Under the pieces are notes generated by a model. The model did not search any database. It was not told the origin of the DNA and was given only the letters and a program-made list of their open reading frames with translations. Positions 1-14,487 of a stretch of 64,000 nt of DNA are shown piece by piece. Source of the DNA: Yuukianura sp. NJ FZ-2021 (lineage: Eukaryota). The stretch covers positions 4,526,001 through 4,590,000 of the forward strand of contig CM102285.1 of assembly GCA_046563655.1 (NCBI GenBank), written 5' to 3'. Made by a program: the position numbers and the translations under genes. Position 1 is the first letter of the stretch; the number at the start of each line of letters is the position of its first letter.

Positions 1-270
1 TCAACGTAATTTTGAAGAGAGTGAGAACTGTCCAGAGCTCAATCTGTACATCTTGATGGAAGCGGTTTTTTTAACACTTTAAAAACGTTTTCAAACGGTT
101 CATTATCATCTTGGTGCAATTCGTGCACAAAAACGCCATCCGCACTTAAAATTTTGAGCAACGTTTCAGTGTATGAATCTGGGGAAAACGGTTTCTCTCG
201 TTTGGTCGTATCCATTGTCTACTCCTCCAGAAGACCTATGCTCAACCCTTGAGCATCGCCCTACCTTGTT
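1..270 (+). mobile_element. 3' part of HINE/DINE-1-like non-autonomous element (copy 0, cut by window edge)
   Basis: Matches the 3' end of the complete copies, ending CTCCAGAAGACC-TATGCTCAACCCTTGAGCAT-CGCCCTACCTTGTT. Confidence 0.85.
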
Positions 271-1363
271 TAATCGGAAAGCGAACCGCTTGCACCACCT
301 CACTAGCGCATAGACCACGGTGGCTTTGATTACGTTAAAATTTTTGCGGCAAACAACAACTAATGCATAGCGTCAACTTCCTATGCGCGATACAGTGACA
401 AATAAGCATCCCGATTGAATTGTTAAAACGTCTTCACATTTTTCGCATTTTTAATCGGAAAGCGAACCGCTTGCACCACTTCACTAGCGCATAGACCACG
501 GTGGCTTTGATTACGTTAAAAATTTTTGCGGCAAACAACAACTAATGCATAGCGTCAACTTCCTATGCGCGATACAGTGACAAATATGCATCCCGATTGA
601 ATTGTTAAAACGTCTTCACATTTTTCGCATTTTTAATCGGAAAGCGAACCGCTTGCACCACTTCACTAGCGCATAGACCACGGTGGCTTTGATTACGTTA
701 AAAAAATTTTGCGGCAAACAACAACTAATGCATAGCGTCAACTTCCTATGCGCGATACAGTGACAAATAAGCATCCCGATTGAATTGTTAAAACGTCTTC
801 ACATTTTTCGCATTTTTAATCGGAAAGCGAACCGCTTGCACCACTTCACTAGCGCATAGACCACGGTGGCTTTGAATACGTTAAAATTTTTGCGGCAAAC
901 AACAACTAATGCACAGCGTCAACTTCCTATGCGCGATACAGTGACAAATATGCATCCCGATTGAATTGTTAAAACGTCTTCACATTTTTCGCATTTTTAA
1001 TCGGAAAGCGAACCGCTTGCACCACTTCACTAGCGCATAGACCACGGTGGCTTTGAATACGTTAAAAAATTTTTGCGGCAAACAACAACTAATGCATAGC
1101 GTCAACTTCCTATGCGCGATACAGTGACAAATATGCATCCCGATTGAATTGTTAAAACGTCTTCACATTTTTCGCATTTTTAATCGGAAAGCGAACCGCT
1201 TGCACCACTTCACTAGCGCATAGACCACGGTGGCTTTGATTACGTTAAAAAATTTTTGCGGCAAACAACAACTAATGCATAGCGTCAACTTCCTATGCGC
1301 GATACAGTGACAAATAAGCATCCCGATTGAATTGTTAAAACGTCTTCACATTTTTCGCATTTT

Positions 1364-2604
1364 AGTCTTCTGGAGACGCACGTCTACGACGTGCTGAAGA
1401 AGACTATTGATACGACTTTGTCTGTCTGTCCGTCCGTCCGTTCGCTTTTTTAGTATCTTTTGCACTGAAACATAAGCCCCATCGCAGTCGGGGGGTTATG
1501 TTTGGCTCAAGTATTTTCATTAGTTCTACATTGCACTCAAAGTCTTACATTAACAACGCACAAAGTTTGCCTCTGCATCGCGTTACTGTTTCTTAAGTCC
1601 TCAAAATTTTTGCGTTAGGTCTGCATTATACTCAAAATATTTATTAACAACGAAGTTTTGATCTGGTCATTTTCTGGCAGTTAGTTTAATTACGTTGTTA
1701 AATTAAGCCAAATTAGAGGGTAGAAATTCCGGCTTAAATTCGTAATACGTAAACAGTGCCTTGTAGGGTTCAAAGTTCCTTTCTCAATAATTTTGATCAT
1801 AAACAAGGGATATTCGAGTTTATAACTTATGCACTTAATTTAACACATGGTGCATTTATTTGAACCGATTTTGATTTTATAGAAGTTATATTCGATGCCT
1901 ACTCCTCAACGTTCAATTTTGATCAATTTGAACAACGAAGTTTTGATCTTCTCATTTTCTGACATTATGTTTAGTTACGTTGTTAAATTAAGACTGATTA
2001 GAGGGTAGAAAATCCGGCTTAAATGATTATTATGTGAATTATGAAGACAGGGGTCAAATTTGCATTTACTAGATATTTTTATAATTTCGATTTTAATTTT
2101 GTGCATGATGCAAACTTATTGCACATGATTGTAAAATTGTGCAGTTATTTTGACGCTGGGTAATGGACGTTGTCATGACAACACTGGCAATGAATTACGT
2201 GCGGGTTGTTTAAGTTAGTTTCAACGTTCAATTTTGTGCATGTTACACATTTGTGTGCAGTCAATTTCACGCCCGGTAATGGACTTTGTTATTTCAAAAT
2301 TTGTGCATACTAGAGAACAATAATGTATTGTGCATCAACGTAATTTTGAAGAGAGTGAGAACTGTCCAGAGCTCAATCTGTACATCTTGATGGAAGCGGT
2401 TTTTTTAACACTTTAAAAACGTTTTCAAACGGTTCATTATCATCTTGGTGCAATTCGTGCACAAAAACGCCATCCGCACTTAAAATTTTGAGCAACGTTT
2501 CAGTGTATGAATCTGGGGAAAACGGTTTCTCTCGTTTGGTCGTATCCATTGTCTACTCCTCCAGAAGACCTATGCTCAACCCTTGAGCATCGCCCTACCT
2601 TGTT
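1364..2604 (+). mobile_element. HINE/DINE-1-like non-autonomous element, copy 1 (~1241 bp)
   Basis: 5' subterminal repeat AGTCTTCTGGAG with a nearby inverted partner (AGAAGACT) around hairpin GCACGTC-TAC-GACGTGC, then a (TGTC/CGTC)n microsatellite. 3' inverted subTIR CTCCAGAAGAC and 3' hairpin ATGCTCAA-CCC-TTGAGCAT. Inserted in a T run with no long TSD and no ORF. Confidence 0.85.
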
Positions 2605-3877
2605 TAATCGGAAAGCGAACCGCTTGCACCACTTCACTAGCGCATAGACCACGGTGGCTTTGATTACGTTAAAATTTTTGCGGCAAACAACAACTAATGC
2701 ATAGCGTCAACTTCCTATGCGCGATACAGTGACAAATAAGCATCCCGATTGAATTGTTAAAACGTCTTCACATTTTTCGCATTTTTAATCGGAAAGCGAA
2801 CCGCTTGCACCACTTCACTAGCGCATAGACCACGGTGGCTTTGATTACGTTAAAAATTTTTGCGGCAAACAACAACTAATGCATAGCGTCAACTTCCTAT
2901 GCGCGATACAGTGACAAATATGCATCCCGATTGAATTGTTAAAACGTCTTCACATTTTTCGCATTTTTAATCGGAAAGCGAACCGCTTGCACCACTTCAC
3001 TAGCGCATAGACCACGGTGGCTTTGATTACGTTAAAAAATTTTTGCGGCAAACAACAACTAATGCATAGCGTCAACTTCCTATGCGCGATACAGTGACAA
3101 ATAAGCATCCCGATTGAATTGTTAAAACGTCTTCACATTTTTCGCATTTTTAATCGGAAAGCGAACCGCTTGCACCACTTCACTAGCGCATAGACCACGG
3201 TGGCTTTGATTACGTTAAAATTTTTGCGGCAAACAACAACTAATGCATAGCGTCAACTTCCTATGCGCGATACAGTGACAAATATGCATCCCGATTGAAT
3301 TGTTAAAACGTCTTCACATTTTTCGCATTTTTAATCGGAAAGCGAACCGCTTGCACCACTTCACTAGCGCATAGACCACGGTGGCTTTGATTACGTTAAA
3401 ATTTTTGCGGCAAACAACAACTAATGCACAGCGTCAACTTCCTATGCGCGATACAGTGACAAATATGCATCCCGATTGAATTGTTAAAACGTCTTCACAT
3501 TTTTCGCATTTTTAATCGGAAAGCGAACCGCTTGCACCACTTCACTAGCGCATAGACCACGGTGGCTTTGATTACGTTAAAAAATTTTTGGGGCAAACAA
3601 CAACTAATGCATAGCGTCAACTTCCTATGCGCGATACAGTGACAAATATGCATCCCGATTGAATTGTTAAAACGTCTTCACATTTTTCGCATTTTTAATC
3701 GGAAAGCGAACCGCTTGCACCACTTCACTAGCGCATAGACCACGGTGGCTTTGATTACGTTAAAAAATTTTGCGGCAAACAACAACTAATGCATAGCGTC
3801 AACTTCCTATGCGCGATACAGTGACAAATAAGCATCCCGATTGAATTGTTAAAACGTCTTCACATTTTTCGCATTTT

Positions 3878-5119
3878 AGTCTTCTGGAGACGCACGTCTA
3901 CGACGTGCTGAAGAAGACTATTGATACGACTTTGTCTGTCTGTCCGTCCGTCCGTTCGCTTTTTTAGTATCTTTTGCACTGAAACATAAGCCCCATCGCA
4001 GTCGGGGGGTTATGTTTGGCTCAAGTATTTTCATTAGTTCTACATTGCACTCAAAGTCTTACATTAACAACGCACAAAGTTTGCCTCTGCATCGCGTTAC
4101 TGTTTCTTAAGTCCTCAAAATTTTTGCGTTAGGTCTGCATTATACTCAAAATATTTATTAACAACGAAGTTTTGATCTGGTCATTTTCTGGCAGTTAGTT
4201 TAATTACGTTGTTAAATTAAGCCAAATTAGAGGGTAGAAATTCCGGCTTAAATTCGTAATACGTAAACAGTGCCTTGTAGGGTTCAAAGTTCCTTTCTCA
4301 ATAATTTTGATCATAAACAAGGGATATTCGAGTTTATAACTTATGCACTTAATTTAACACATGGTGCATTTATTTGAACCGATTTTGATTTTATAGAAGT
4401 TACATTCGATGCCTACTCCTCAACGTTCAATTTTGATCAATTTGAACAACGAAGTTTTGATCTTCTCATTTTCTGACATTATGTTTAGTTACGTTGTTAA
4501 ATTAAGACTGATTAGAGGGTAGAAAATCCGGCTTAAATGATTATTATGTGAATTATGAAGACAGGGGTCAAATTTGCATTTACTAGATATTTTTATAATT
4601 TCGATTTTAATTTTGTGCATGATGCAAACTTATTGCACATGATTGTAAAATTGTGCAGTTATTTTGACGCTGGGTAATGGACGTTGTCATGACAACACTG
4701 GCAATGAATTACGTGCGGGTTGTTTAAGTTAGTTTCAACGTTCAATTTTGTGCATGTTACACATTTGTGTGCAGTCAATTTCACGCCCGGTAATGGACTT
4801 TGTTATTTCAAAATTTGTGCATACTAGAGAACAATAATGTATTGTGCATCAACGTAATTTTGAAGAGAGTGAGAACTGTTCAGAGCTCAATCTGTACATT
4901 TTGATGGAAGCGGTTTTTTTTAACATTTTAAAAACGTTTTCAAACGGTTCATTATCATCTTGGTGCAATTCGTGCACAAAAAGGCCATCCGCACTTAAAA
5001 TTTTGAGCAACGTTTCAGTGTATGAATCTGGGGAAAACGGTTTCTCTCGTTTGGTCGTATCCATTGTCTACTCCTCCAGAAGACCTATGCTCAACCCTTG
5101 AGCATCGCCCTACCTTGTT
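3878..5119 (+). mobile_element. HINE-like element, copy 2
   Basis: Near-identical to copy 1, with the same junctions (GCATTTT|AGTC ... CTTGTT|TAATCGG). Confidence 0.85.
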
Positions 5120-7669
5120 TAATCGGAAAGCGAACCGCTTGCACCACTTCACTAGCGCATAGACCACGGTGGCTTTGATTACGTTAAAATTTTTGCGGCA
5201 AACAACAACTAATGCACAGCGTCAACTTCCTATGCGCGATACAGTGACAAATCTGCATCCCGATTGAATTGTTAAAACGTCTTCACATTTTTCGCATTTT
5301 TAATCGGAAAGCGAACCGCTTGCACCACTTCACTAGCGCATAGACCACGGTGGCTTTGAATACGTTAAAAAATTTTTGCGGCAAACAACAACTAATGCAT
5401 AGCGTCAACTTCCTATGCGCGATACAGTGACAAATAAGCATCCCGATTGAATTGTTAAAACGTCTTCACATTTTTCGCATTTTTAATCGGAAAGCGAACC
5501 GCTTGCACCACTTCACTAGCGCATAGAACACGGTGGCTTTGATTACGTTAAAAATTTTTGCGGCAAACAACAACTAATGCATAGCGTCAACTTCCTATGC
5601 GCGATACAGTGACAAATATGCATCCCGATTGAATTGTTAAAACGTCTTCACATTTTTCGCATTTTTAATCGGAAAGCGAACCGCTTGCACCACTTCACTA
5701 GCGCATAGACCACGGTGGCTTTGATTACGTTAAAAAATTTTGCGGCAAACAACAACTAATGCATAGCGTCAACTTCCTATGCGCGATACAGTGACAAATA
5801 AGCATCCCGATTGAATTGTTAAAACGTCTTCACATTTTTCGCATTTTTAATCGGAAAGCGAACCGCTTGCACCACTTCACTAGCGCATAGACCACGGTGG
5901 CTTTGATTACGTTAAAATTTTTGCGGCAAACAACAACTAATGCATAGCGTCAACTTCCTATGCGCGATACAGTGACAAATATGCATCCCGATTGAATTGT
6001 TAAAACGTCTTCACATTTTTCGCATTTTTAATCGGAAAGCGAACCGCTTGCACCACTTCACTAGCGCATAGACCACGGTGGCTTTGATTACGTTAAAATT
6101 TTTGCGGCAAACAACAACTAATGCACAGCGTCAACTTCCTATGCGCGATACAGTGACAAATATGCATCCCGATTGAATTGTTAAAACGTCTTCACATTTT
6201 TCGCATTTTTAATCGGAAAGCGAACCGCTTGCACCACTTCACTAGCGCATAGACCACGGTGGCTTTGATTACGTTAAAAAATTTTTGGGGCAAACAACAA
6301 CTAATGCATAGCGTCAACTTCCTATGCGCGATACAGTGACAAATATGCATCCCGATTGAATTGTTAAAACGTCTTCACATTTTTCGCATTTTTAATCGGA
6401 AAGCGAACCGCTTGCACCACTTCACTAGCGCATAGACCACGGTGGCTTTGATTACGTTAAAAATTTTTGCGGCAAACAACAACTAATGCATAGCGTCAAC
6501 TTCCTATGCGCGATACAGTGACAAATATGCATCCCGATTGAATTGTTAAAACGTCTTCACATTTTTCGCATTTTTAATCGGAAAGCGAACCGCTTGCACC
6601 ACTTCACTAGCGCATAGACCACGGTGGCTTTGAATACGTTAAAAAATTTTTGCGGCAAACAACAACTAATGCATAGCGTCAACTTCCTATGCGCGATACA
6701 GTGACAAATATGCATCCCGATTGAATTGTTAAAACGTCTTCACATTTTTCGCATTTTTAATCGGAAAGCGAACCGCTTGCACCACTTCACTAGCGCATAG
6801 ACAACGGTGGCTTTGATTACGTTAAAAATTTTTGCGGCAAACAACAACTAATGCATAGCGTCAACTTCCTATGCGGGATACAGTGACAAATATGCATCCC
6901 GATTGAATTGTTAAAACGTCTTCACATTTTTCGTATTTTTAATCGGAAAGCGAACCGCTTGCACCACTTCACTAGCGCATAGACCACGGTGGCTTTGATT
7001 ACGTTAAAAATTTTTGCGGCAAACAACAAGTAATGCATAGCGTCAACTTCCTATGCGCGATACAGTGACAAATATGCATCCCGATTGAATTGTTAAAACG
7101 TCTTCACATTTTTCGCATTTTTAATCGGAAAGCGAACCGCTTGCACCACTTCACTAGCGCATAGACCACGGTGGCTTTGATTACGTTAAAAATTTTTGCG
7201 GCAAACAACAACTAATGCATAGCGTCAACTTCCTATGCGCGATACAGTGACAAATATGCATCCCGATTGAATTGTTAAAACGTCTTCACATTTTTCGCAT
7301 TTTTAATCGGAAAGCGAACCGCTTGCACCACTTCACTAGCGCATAGACCACGGTGGCTTTGAATACGTTAAAAAATTTTTGCGGCAAACAACAACTAATG
7401 CATAGCGTCAACTTCCTATGCGCGATACAGTGACAAATATGCATCCCGATTGAATTGTTAAAACGTCTTCACATTTTTCGCATTTTTAATCGGAAAGCGA
7501 ACCGCTTGCACCACTTCACTAGCGCATAGACCACGGTGGCTTTGATTACGTTAAAAAATTTTTGCGGCAAACAACAACTAATGCATAGCGTCAACTTCCT
7601 ATGCGCGATACAGTGACAAATAAGCATCCCGATTGAATTGTTAAAACGTCTTCACATTTTTCGCATTTT

Positions 7670-8911
7670 AGTCTTCTGGAGACGCACGTCTACGACGTGC
7701 TGAAGAAGACTATTGATACGACTTTGTCTGTCTGTCCGTCCGTCCGTTCGCTTTTTTAGTATCTTTTGCACTGAAACATAAGCCCCATCGCAGTCGGGGG
7801 GTTATGTTTGGCTCAAGTATTTTCATTAGTTCTACATTGCACTCAAAGTCTTACATTAACAACGCACAAAGTTTGCCTCTGCATCGCGTTACTGTTTCTT
7901 AAGTCCTCAAAATTTTTGCGTTAGGTCTGCATTATACTCAAAATATTTATTAACAACGAAGTTTTGATCTGGTCATTTTCTGGCAGTTAGTTTAATTACG
8001 TTGTTAAATTAAGCCAAATTAGAGGGTAGAAATTCCGGCTTAAATTCGTAATACGTAAACAGTGCCTTGTAGGGTTCAAAGTTCCTTTCTCAATAATTTT
8101 GATCATAAACAAGGGATATTCGAGTTTATAACTTATGCACTTAATTTAACACATGGTGCATTTATTTGAACCGATTTTGATTTTATAGAAGTTACATTCG
8201 ATGCCTACTCCTCAACGTTCAATTTTGATCAATTTGAACAACGAAGTTTTGATCTTCTCATTTTCTGACATTATGTTTAGTTACGTTGTTAAATTAAGAC
8301 TGATTAGAGGGTAGAAAATCCGGCTTAAATGATTATTATGTGAATTATGAAGACAGGGGTCAAATTTGCATTTACTAGATATTTTTATAATTTCGATTTT
8401 AATTTTGTGCATGATGCAAACTTATTGCACATGATTGTAAAATTGTGCAGTTATTTTGACGCTGGGTAATGGACGTTGTCATGACAACACTGGCAATGAA
8501 TTACGTGCGGGTTGTTTAAGTTAGTTTCAACGTTCAATTTTGTGCATGTTACACATTTGTGTGCAGTCAATTTCACGCCCGGTAATGGACTTTGTTATTT
8601 CAAAATTTGTGCATACTAGAGAACAATAATGTATTGTGCATCAACGTAATTTTGAAGAGAGTGAGAACTGTTCAGAGCTCAATCTGTACATTTTGATGGA
8701 AGCGGTTTTTTTTAACATTTTAAAAACGTTTTCAAACGGTTCATTATCATCTTGGTGCAATTCGTGCACAAAAAGGCCATCCGCACTTAAAATTTTGAGC
8801 AACGTTTCAGTGTATGAATCTGGGGAAAACGGTTTCTCTCGTTTGGTCGTATCCATTGTCTACTCCTCCAGAAGACCTATGCTCAACCCTTGAGCATCGC
8901 CCTACCTTGTT
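7670..8911 (+). mobile_element. HINE-like element, copy 3
   Basis: Near-identical to copy 2, same junctions. Confidence 0.85.
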
Positions 8912-9637
8912 TAATCGGAAAGCGAACCGCTTGCACCACTTCACTAGCGCATAGACCACGGTGGCTTTGATTACGTTAAAATTTTTGCGGCAAACAACAA
9001 CTAATGCATACGTCAACTTCCTATGCGCGATACAGTGACAAATATGCATCCCGATTGAATTGTTAAAACGTCTTCACATTTTTCGCATTTTTAATCGGAA
9101 AGCGAACCGCTTGCACCACTTCACTAGCGCATAGACCACGGTGGCTTTGATTACGTTAAAATTTTTGCGGCAAACAACAACTAATGCACAGCGTCAACTT
9201 CCTATGCGCGATACAGTGACAAATATGCATCCCGATTGAATTGTTAAAACGTCTTCACATTTTTCGCATTTTTAATCGGAAAGCGAACCGCTTGCACCAC
9301 TTCACTAGCGCATAGACCACGGTGGCTTTGATTACGTTAAAAAATTTTTGGGGCAAACAACAACTAATGCATAGCGTCAACTTCCTATGCGCGATACAGT
9401 GACAAATATGCATCCCGATTGAATTGTTAAAACGTCTTCACATTTTTCGCATTTTTAATCGGAAAGCGAACCGCTTGCACCACTTCACTAGCGCATAGAC
9501 CACGGTGGCTTTGATTACGTTAAAAAATTTTGCGGCAAACAACAACTAATGCATAGCGTCAACTTCCTATGCGCGATACAGTGACAAATAAGCATCCCGA
9601 TTGAATTGTTAAAACGTCTTCACATTTTTCGCATTTT

Positions 9638-10878
9638 AGTCTTCTGGAGACGCACGTCTACGACGTGCTGAAGAAGACTATTGATACGACTTTGTCTGTC
9701 TGTCCGTCCGTCCGTTCGCTTTTTTAGTATCTTTTGCACTGAAACATAAGCCCCATCGCAGTCGGGGGGTTATGTTTGGCTCAAGTATTTTCATTAGTTC
9801 TACATTGCACTCAAAGTCTTACATTAACAACGCACAAAGTTTGCCTCTGCATCGCGTTACTGTTTCTTAAGTCCTCAAAATTTTTGCGTTAGGTCTGCAT
9901 TATACTCAAAATATTTATTAACAACGAAGTTTTGATCTGGTCATTTTCTGGCAGTTAGTTTAATTACGTTGTTAAATTAAGCCAAATTAGAGGGTAGAAA
10001 TTCCGGCTTAAATTCGTAATACGTAAACAGTGCCTTGTAGGGTTCAAAGTTCCTTTCTCAATAATTTTGATCATAAACAAGGGATATTCGAGTTTATAAC
10101 TTATGCACTTAATTTAACACATGGTGCATTTATTTGAACCGATTTTGATTTTATAGAAGTTACATTCGATGCCTACTCCTCAACGTTCAATTTTGATCAA
10201 TTTGAACAACGAAGTTTTGATCTTCTCATTTTCTGACATTATGTTTAGTTACGTTGTTAAATTAAGACTGATTAGAGGGTAGAAAATCCGGCTTAAATGA
10301 TTATTATGTGAATTATGAAGACAGGGGTCAAATTTGCATTTACTAGATATTTTTATAATTTCGATTTTAATTTTGTGCATGATGCAAACTTATTGCACAT
10401 GATTGTAAAATTGTGCAGTTATTTTGACGCTGGGTAATGGACGTTGTCATGACAACACTGGCAATGAATTACGTGCGGGTTGTTTAAGTTAGTTTCAACG
10501 TTCAATTTTGTGCATGTTACACATTTGTGTGCAGTCAATTTCACGCCCGGTAATGGACTTTGTTATTTCAAAATTTGTGCATACTAGAGAACAATAATGT
10601 ATTGTGCATCAACGTAATTTTGAAGAGAGTGAGAACTGTTCAGAGCTCAATCTGTACATTTTGATGGAAGCGGTTTTTTTAACATTTTAAAAACGTTTTC
10701 AAACGGTTCATTATCATCTTGGTGCAATTCGTGCACAAAAAGGCCATCCGCACTTAAAATTTTGAGCAACGTTTCAGTGTATGAATCTGGGGAAAACGGT
10801 TTCTCTCGTTTGGTCGTATCCATTGTCTACTCCTCCAGAAGACCTATGCTCAACCCTTGAGCATCGCCCTACCTTGTT
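9638..10878 (+). mobile_element. HINE-like element, copy 4
   Basis: Near-identical to copy 2, same junctions. Confidence 0.85.
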
Positions 10879-13246
10879 TAATCGGAAAGCGAACCGCTTG
10901 CACCACTTCACTAGCGCATAGACCACGGTGGCTTTGATTACGTTAAAATTTTTGCGGCAAACAACAACTAATGCATAGCGTCAACTTCCTATGCGCGATA
11001 CAGTGACAAATAAGCATCCCGATTGAATTGTTAAAACGTCTTCACATTTTTCGCATTTTTAATCGGAAAGCGAACCGCTTGCACCACTTCACTAGCGCAT
11101 AGAACACGGTGGCTTTGATTACGTTAAAAATTTTTGCGGCAAACAACAACTAATGCATAGCGTCAACTTCCTATGCGCGATACAGTGACAAATATGCATC
11201 CCGATTGAATTGTTAAAACGTCTTCACATTTTTCGCATTTTTAATCGGAAAGCGAACCGCTTGCACCACTTCACTAGCGCATAGACCACGGTGGCTTTGA
11301 TTACGTTAAAAAAATTTTGCGGCAAACAACAACTAATGCATAGCGTCAACTTCCTATGCGCGATACAGTGACAAATAAGCATCCCGATTGAATTGTTAAA
11401 ACGTCTTCACATTTTTCGCATTTTTAATCGGAAAGCGAACCGCTTGCACCACTTCACTAGCGCATAGACCACGGTGGCTTTGATTACGTTAAAATTTTTG
11501 CGGCAAACAACAACTAATGCATAGCGTCAACTTCCTATGCGCGATACAGTGACAAATATGCATCCCGATTGAATTGTTAAAACGTCTTCACATTTTTCGC
11601 ATTTTTAATCGGAAAGCGAACCGCTTGCACCACTTCACTAGCGCATAGACCACGGTGGCTTTGATTACGTTAAAATTTTTGCGGCAAACAACAACTAATG
11701 CACAGCGTCAACTTCCTATGCGCGATACAGTGACAAATATGCATCCCGATTGAATTGTTAAAACGTCTTCACATTTTTCGCATTTTTAATCGGAAAGCGA
11801 ACCGCTTGCACCACTTCACTAGCGCATAGACCACGGTGGCTTTGATTACGTTAAAAAATTTTTGGGGCAAACAACAACTAATGCATAGCGTCAACTTCCT
11901 ATGCGCGATACAGTGACAAATATGCATCCCGATTGAATTGTTAAAACGTCTTCACATTTTTCGCATTTTTAATCGGAAAGCGAACCGCTTGCACCACTTC
12001 ACTAGCGCATAGACCACGGTGGCTTTGATTACGTTAAAAATTTTTGCGGCAAACAACAACTAATGCATAGCGTCAACTTCCTATGCGCGATACAGTGACA
12101 AATATGCATCCCGATTGAATTGTTAAAACGTCTTCACATTTTTCGCATTTTTAATCGGAAAGCGAACCGCTTGCACCACTTCACTAGCGCATAGACCACG
12201 GTGGCTTTGAATACGTTAAAAAATTTTTGCGGCAAACAACAACTAATGCATAGCGTCAACTTCCTATGCGCGATACAGTGACAAATATGCATCCCGATTG
12301 AATTGTTAAAACGTCTTCACATTTTTCGCATTTTTAATCGGAAAGCGAACCGCTTGCACCACTTCACTAGCGCATAGACAACGGTGGCTTTGATTACGTT
12401 AAAAATTTTTGCGGCAAACAACAACTAATGCATAGCGTCAACTTCCTATGCGGGATACAGTGACAAATATGCACCCCGATTGAATTGTTAAAACGTCTTC
12501 ACATTTTTCGTATTTTTAATCGGAAAGCGAACCGCTTGCACCACTTCACTAGCGCATAGACCACGGTGGCTTTGATTACGTTAAAAATTTTTGCGGCAAA
12601 CAACAAGTAATGCATAGCGTCAACTTCCTATGCGCGATACAGTGACAAATATGCATCCCGATTGAATTGTTAAAACGTCTTCACATTTTTCGCATTTTTA
12701 ATCGGAAAGCGAACCGCTTGCACCACTTCACTAGCGCATAGACCACGGTGGCTTTGATGACGTTAAAAATTTTTGCGGCAAACAACAACTAATGCATAGC
12801 GTCAACTTCCTATGCGCGATACAGTGACAAATATGCATCCCGATTGAATTGTTAAAACGTCTTCACATTTTTCGCATTTTTAATCGGAAAGCGAACCGCT
12901 TGCACCACTTCACTAGCGCATAGACCACGGTGGCTTTGAATACGTTAAAAAATTTTTGCGGCAAACAACAACTAATGCATAGCGTCAACTTCCTATGCGC
13001 GATACAGTGACAAATATGCATCCCGATTGAATTGTTAAAACGTCTTCACATTTTTCGCATTTTTAATCGGAAAGCGAACCGCTTGCACCACTTCACTAGC
13101 GCATAGACCACGGTGGCTTTGATTACGTTAAAAAATTTTTGCGGCAAACAACAACTAATGCATAGCGTCAACTTCCTATGCGCGATACAGTGACAAATAA
13201 GCATCCCGATTGAATTGTTAAAACGTCTTCACATTTTTCGCATTTT

Positions 13247-14487
13247 AGTCTTCTGGAGACGCACGTCTACGACGTGCTGAAGAAGACTATTGATACGACT
13301 TTGTCTGTCTGTCCGTCCGTCCGTTCGCTTTTTTAGTATCTTTTGCACTGAAACATAAGCCCCATCGCAGTCGGGGGGTTATGTTTGGCTCAAGTATTTT
13401 CATTAGTTCTACATTGCACTCAAAGTCTTACATTAACAACGCACAAAGTTTGCCTCTGCATCGCGTTACTGTTTCTTAAGTCCTCAAAATTTTTGCGTTA
13501 GGTCTGCATTATACTCAAAATATTTATTAACAACGAAGTTTTGATCTGGTCATTTTCTGGCAGTTAGTTTAATTACGTTGTTAAATTAAGCCAAATTAGA
13601 GGGTAGAAATTCCGGCTTAAATTCGTAATACGTAAACAGTGCCTTGTAGGGTTCAAAGTTCCTTTCTCAATAATTTTGATCATAAACAAGGGATATTCGA
13701 GTTTATAACTTATGCACTTAATTTAACACATGGTGCATTTATTTGAACCGATTTTGATTTTATAGAAGTTACATTCGATGCCTACTCCTCAACGTTCAAT
13801 TTTGATCAATTTGAACAACGAAGTTTTGATCTTCTCATTTTCTGACATTATGTTTAGTTACGTTGTTAAATTAAGACTGATTAGAGGGTAGAAAATCCGG
13901 CTTAAATGATTATTATGTGAATTATGAAGACAGGGGTCAAATTTGCATTTACTAGATATTTTTATAATTTCGATTTTAATTTTGTGCATGATGCAAACTT
14001 ATTGCACATGATTGTAAAATTGTGCAGTTATTTTGACGCTGGGTAATGGACGTTGTCATGACAACACTGGCAATGAATTACGTGCGGGTTGTTTAAGTTA
14101 GTTTCAACGTTCAATTTTGTGCATGTTACACATTTGTGTGCAGTCAATTTCACGCCCGGTAATGGACTTTGTTATTTCAAAATTTGTGCATACTAGAGAA
14201 CAATAATGTATTGTGCATCAACGTAATTTTGAAGAGAGTGAGAACTGTTCAGAGCTCAATCTGTACATTTTGATGGAAGCGGTTTTTTTAACATTTTAAA
14301 AACGTTTTCAAACGGTTCATTATCATCTTGGTGCAATTCGTGCACAAAAAGGCCATCCGCACTTAAAATTTTGAGCAACGTTTCAGTGTATGAATCTGGG
14401 GAAAACGGTTTCTCTCGTTTGGTCGTATCCATTGTCTACTCCTCCAGAAGACCTATGCTCAACCCTTGAGCATCGCCCTACCTTGTT
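13247..14487 (+). mobile_element. HINE-like element, copy 5
   Basis: Near-identical to copy 4, same junctions. Confidence 0.85.

Noticed and set aside
4844..5101. Short ORFs (71-85 aa) in element copies 2 and 3, including 8636-9049
   Set aside because: They are open only in copies with one extra T in a homopolymer and have no recognisable domain.
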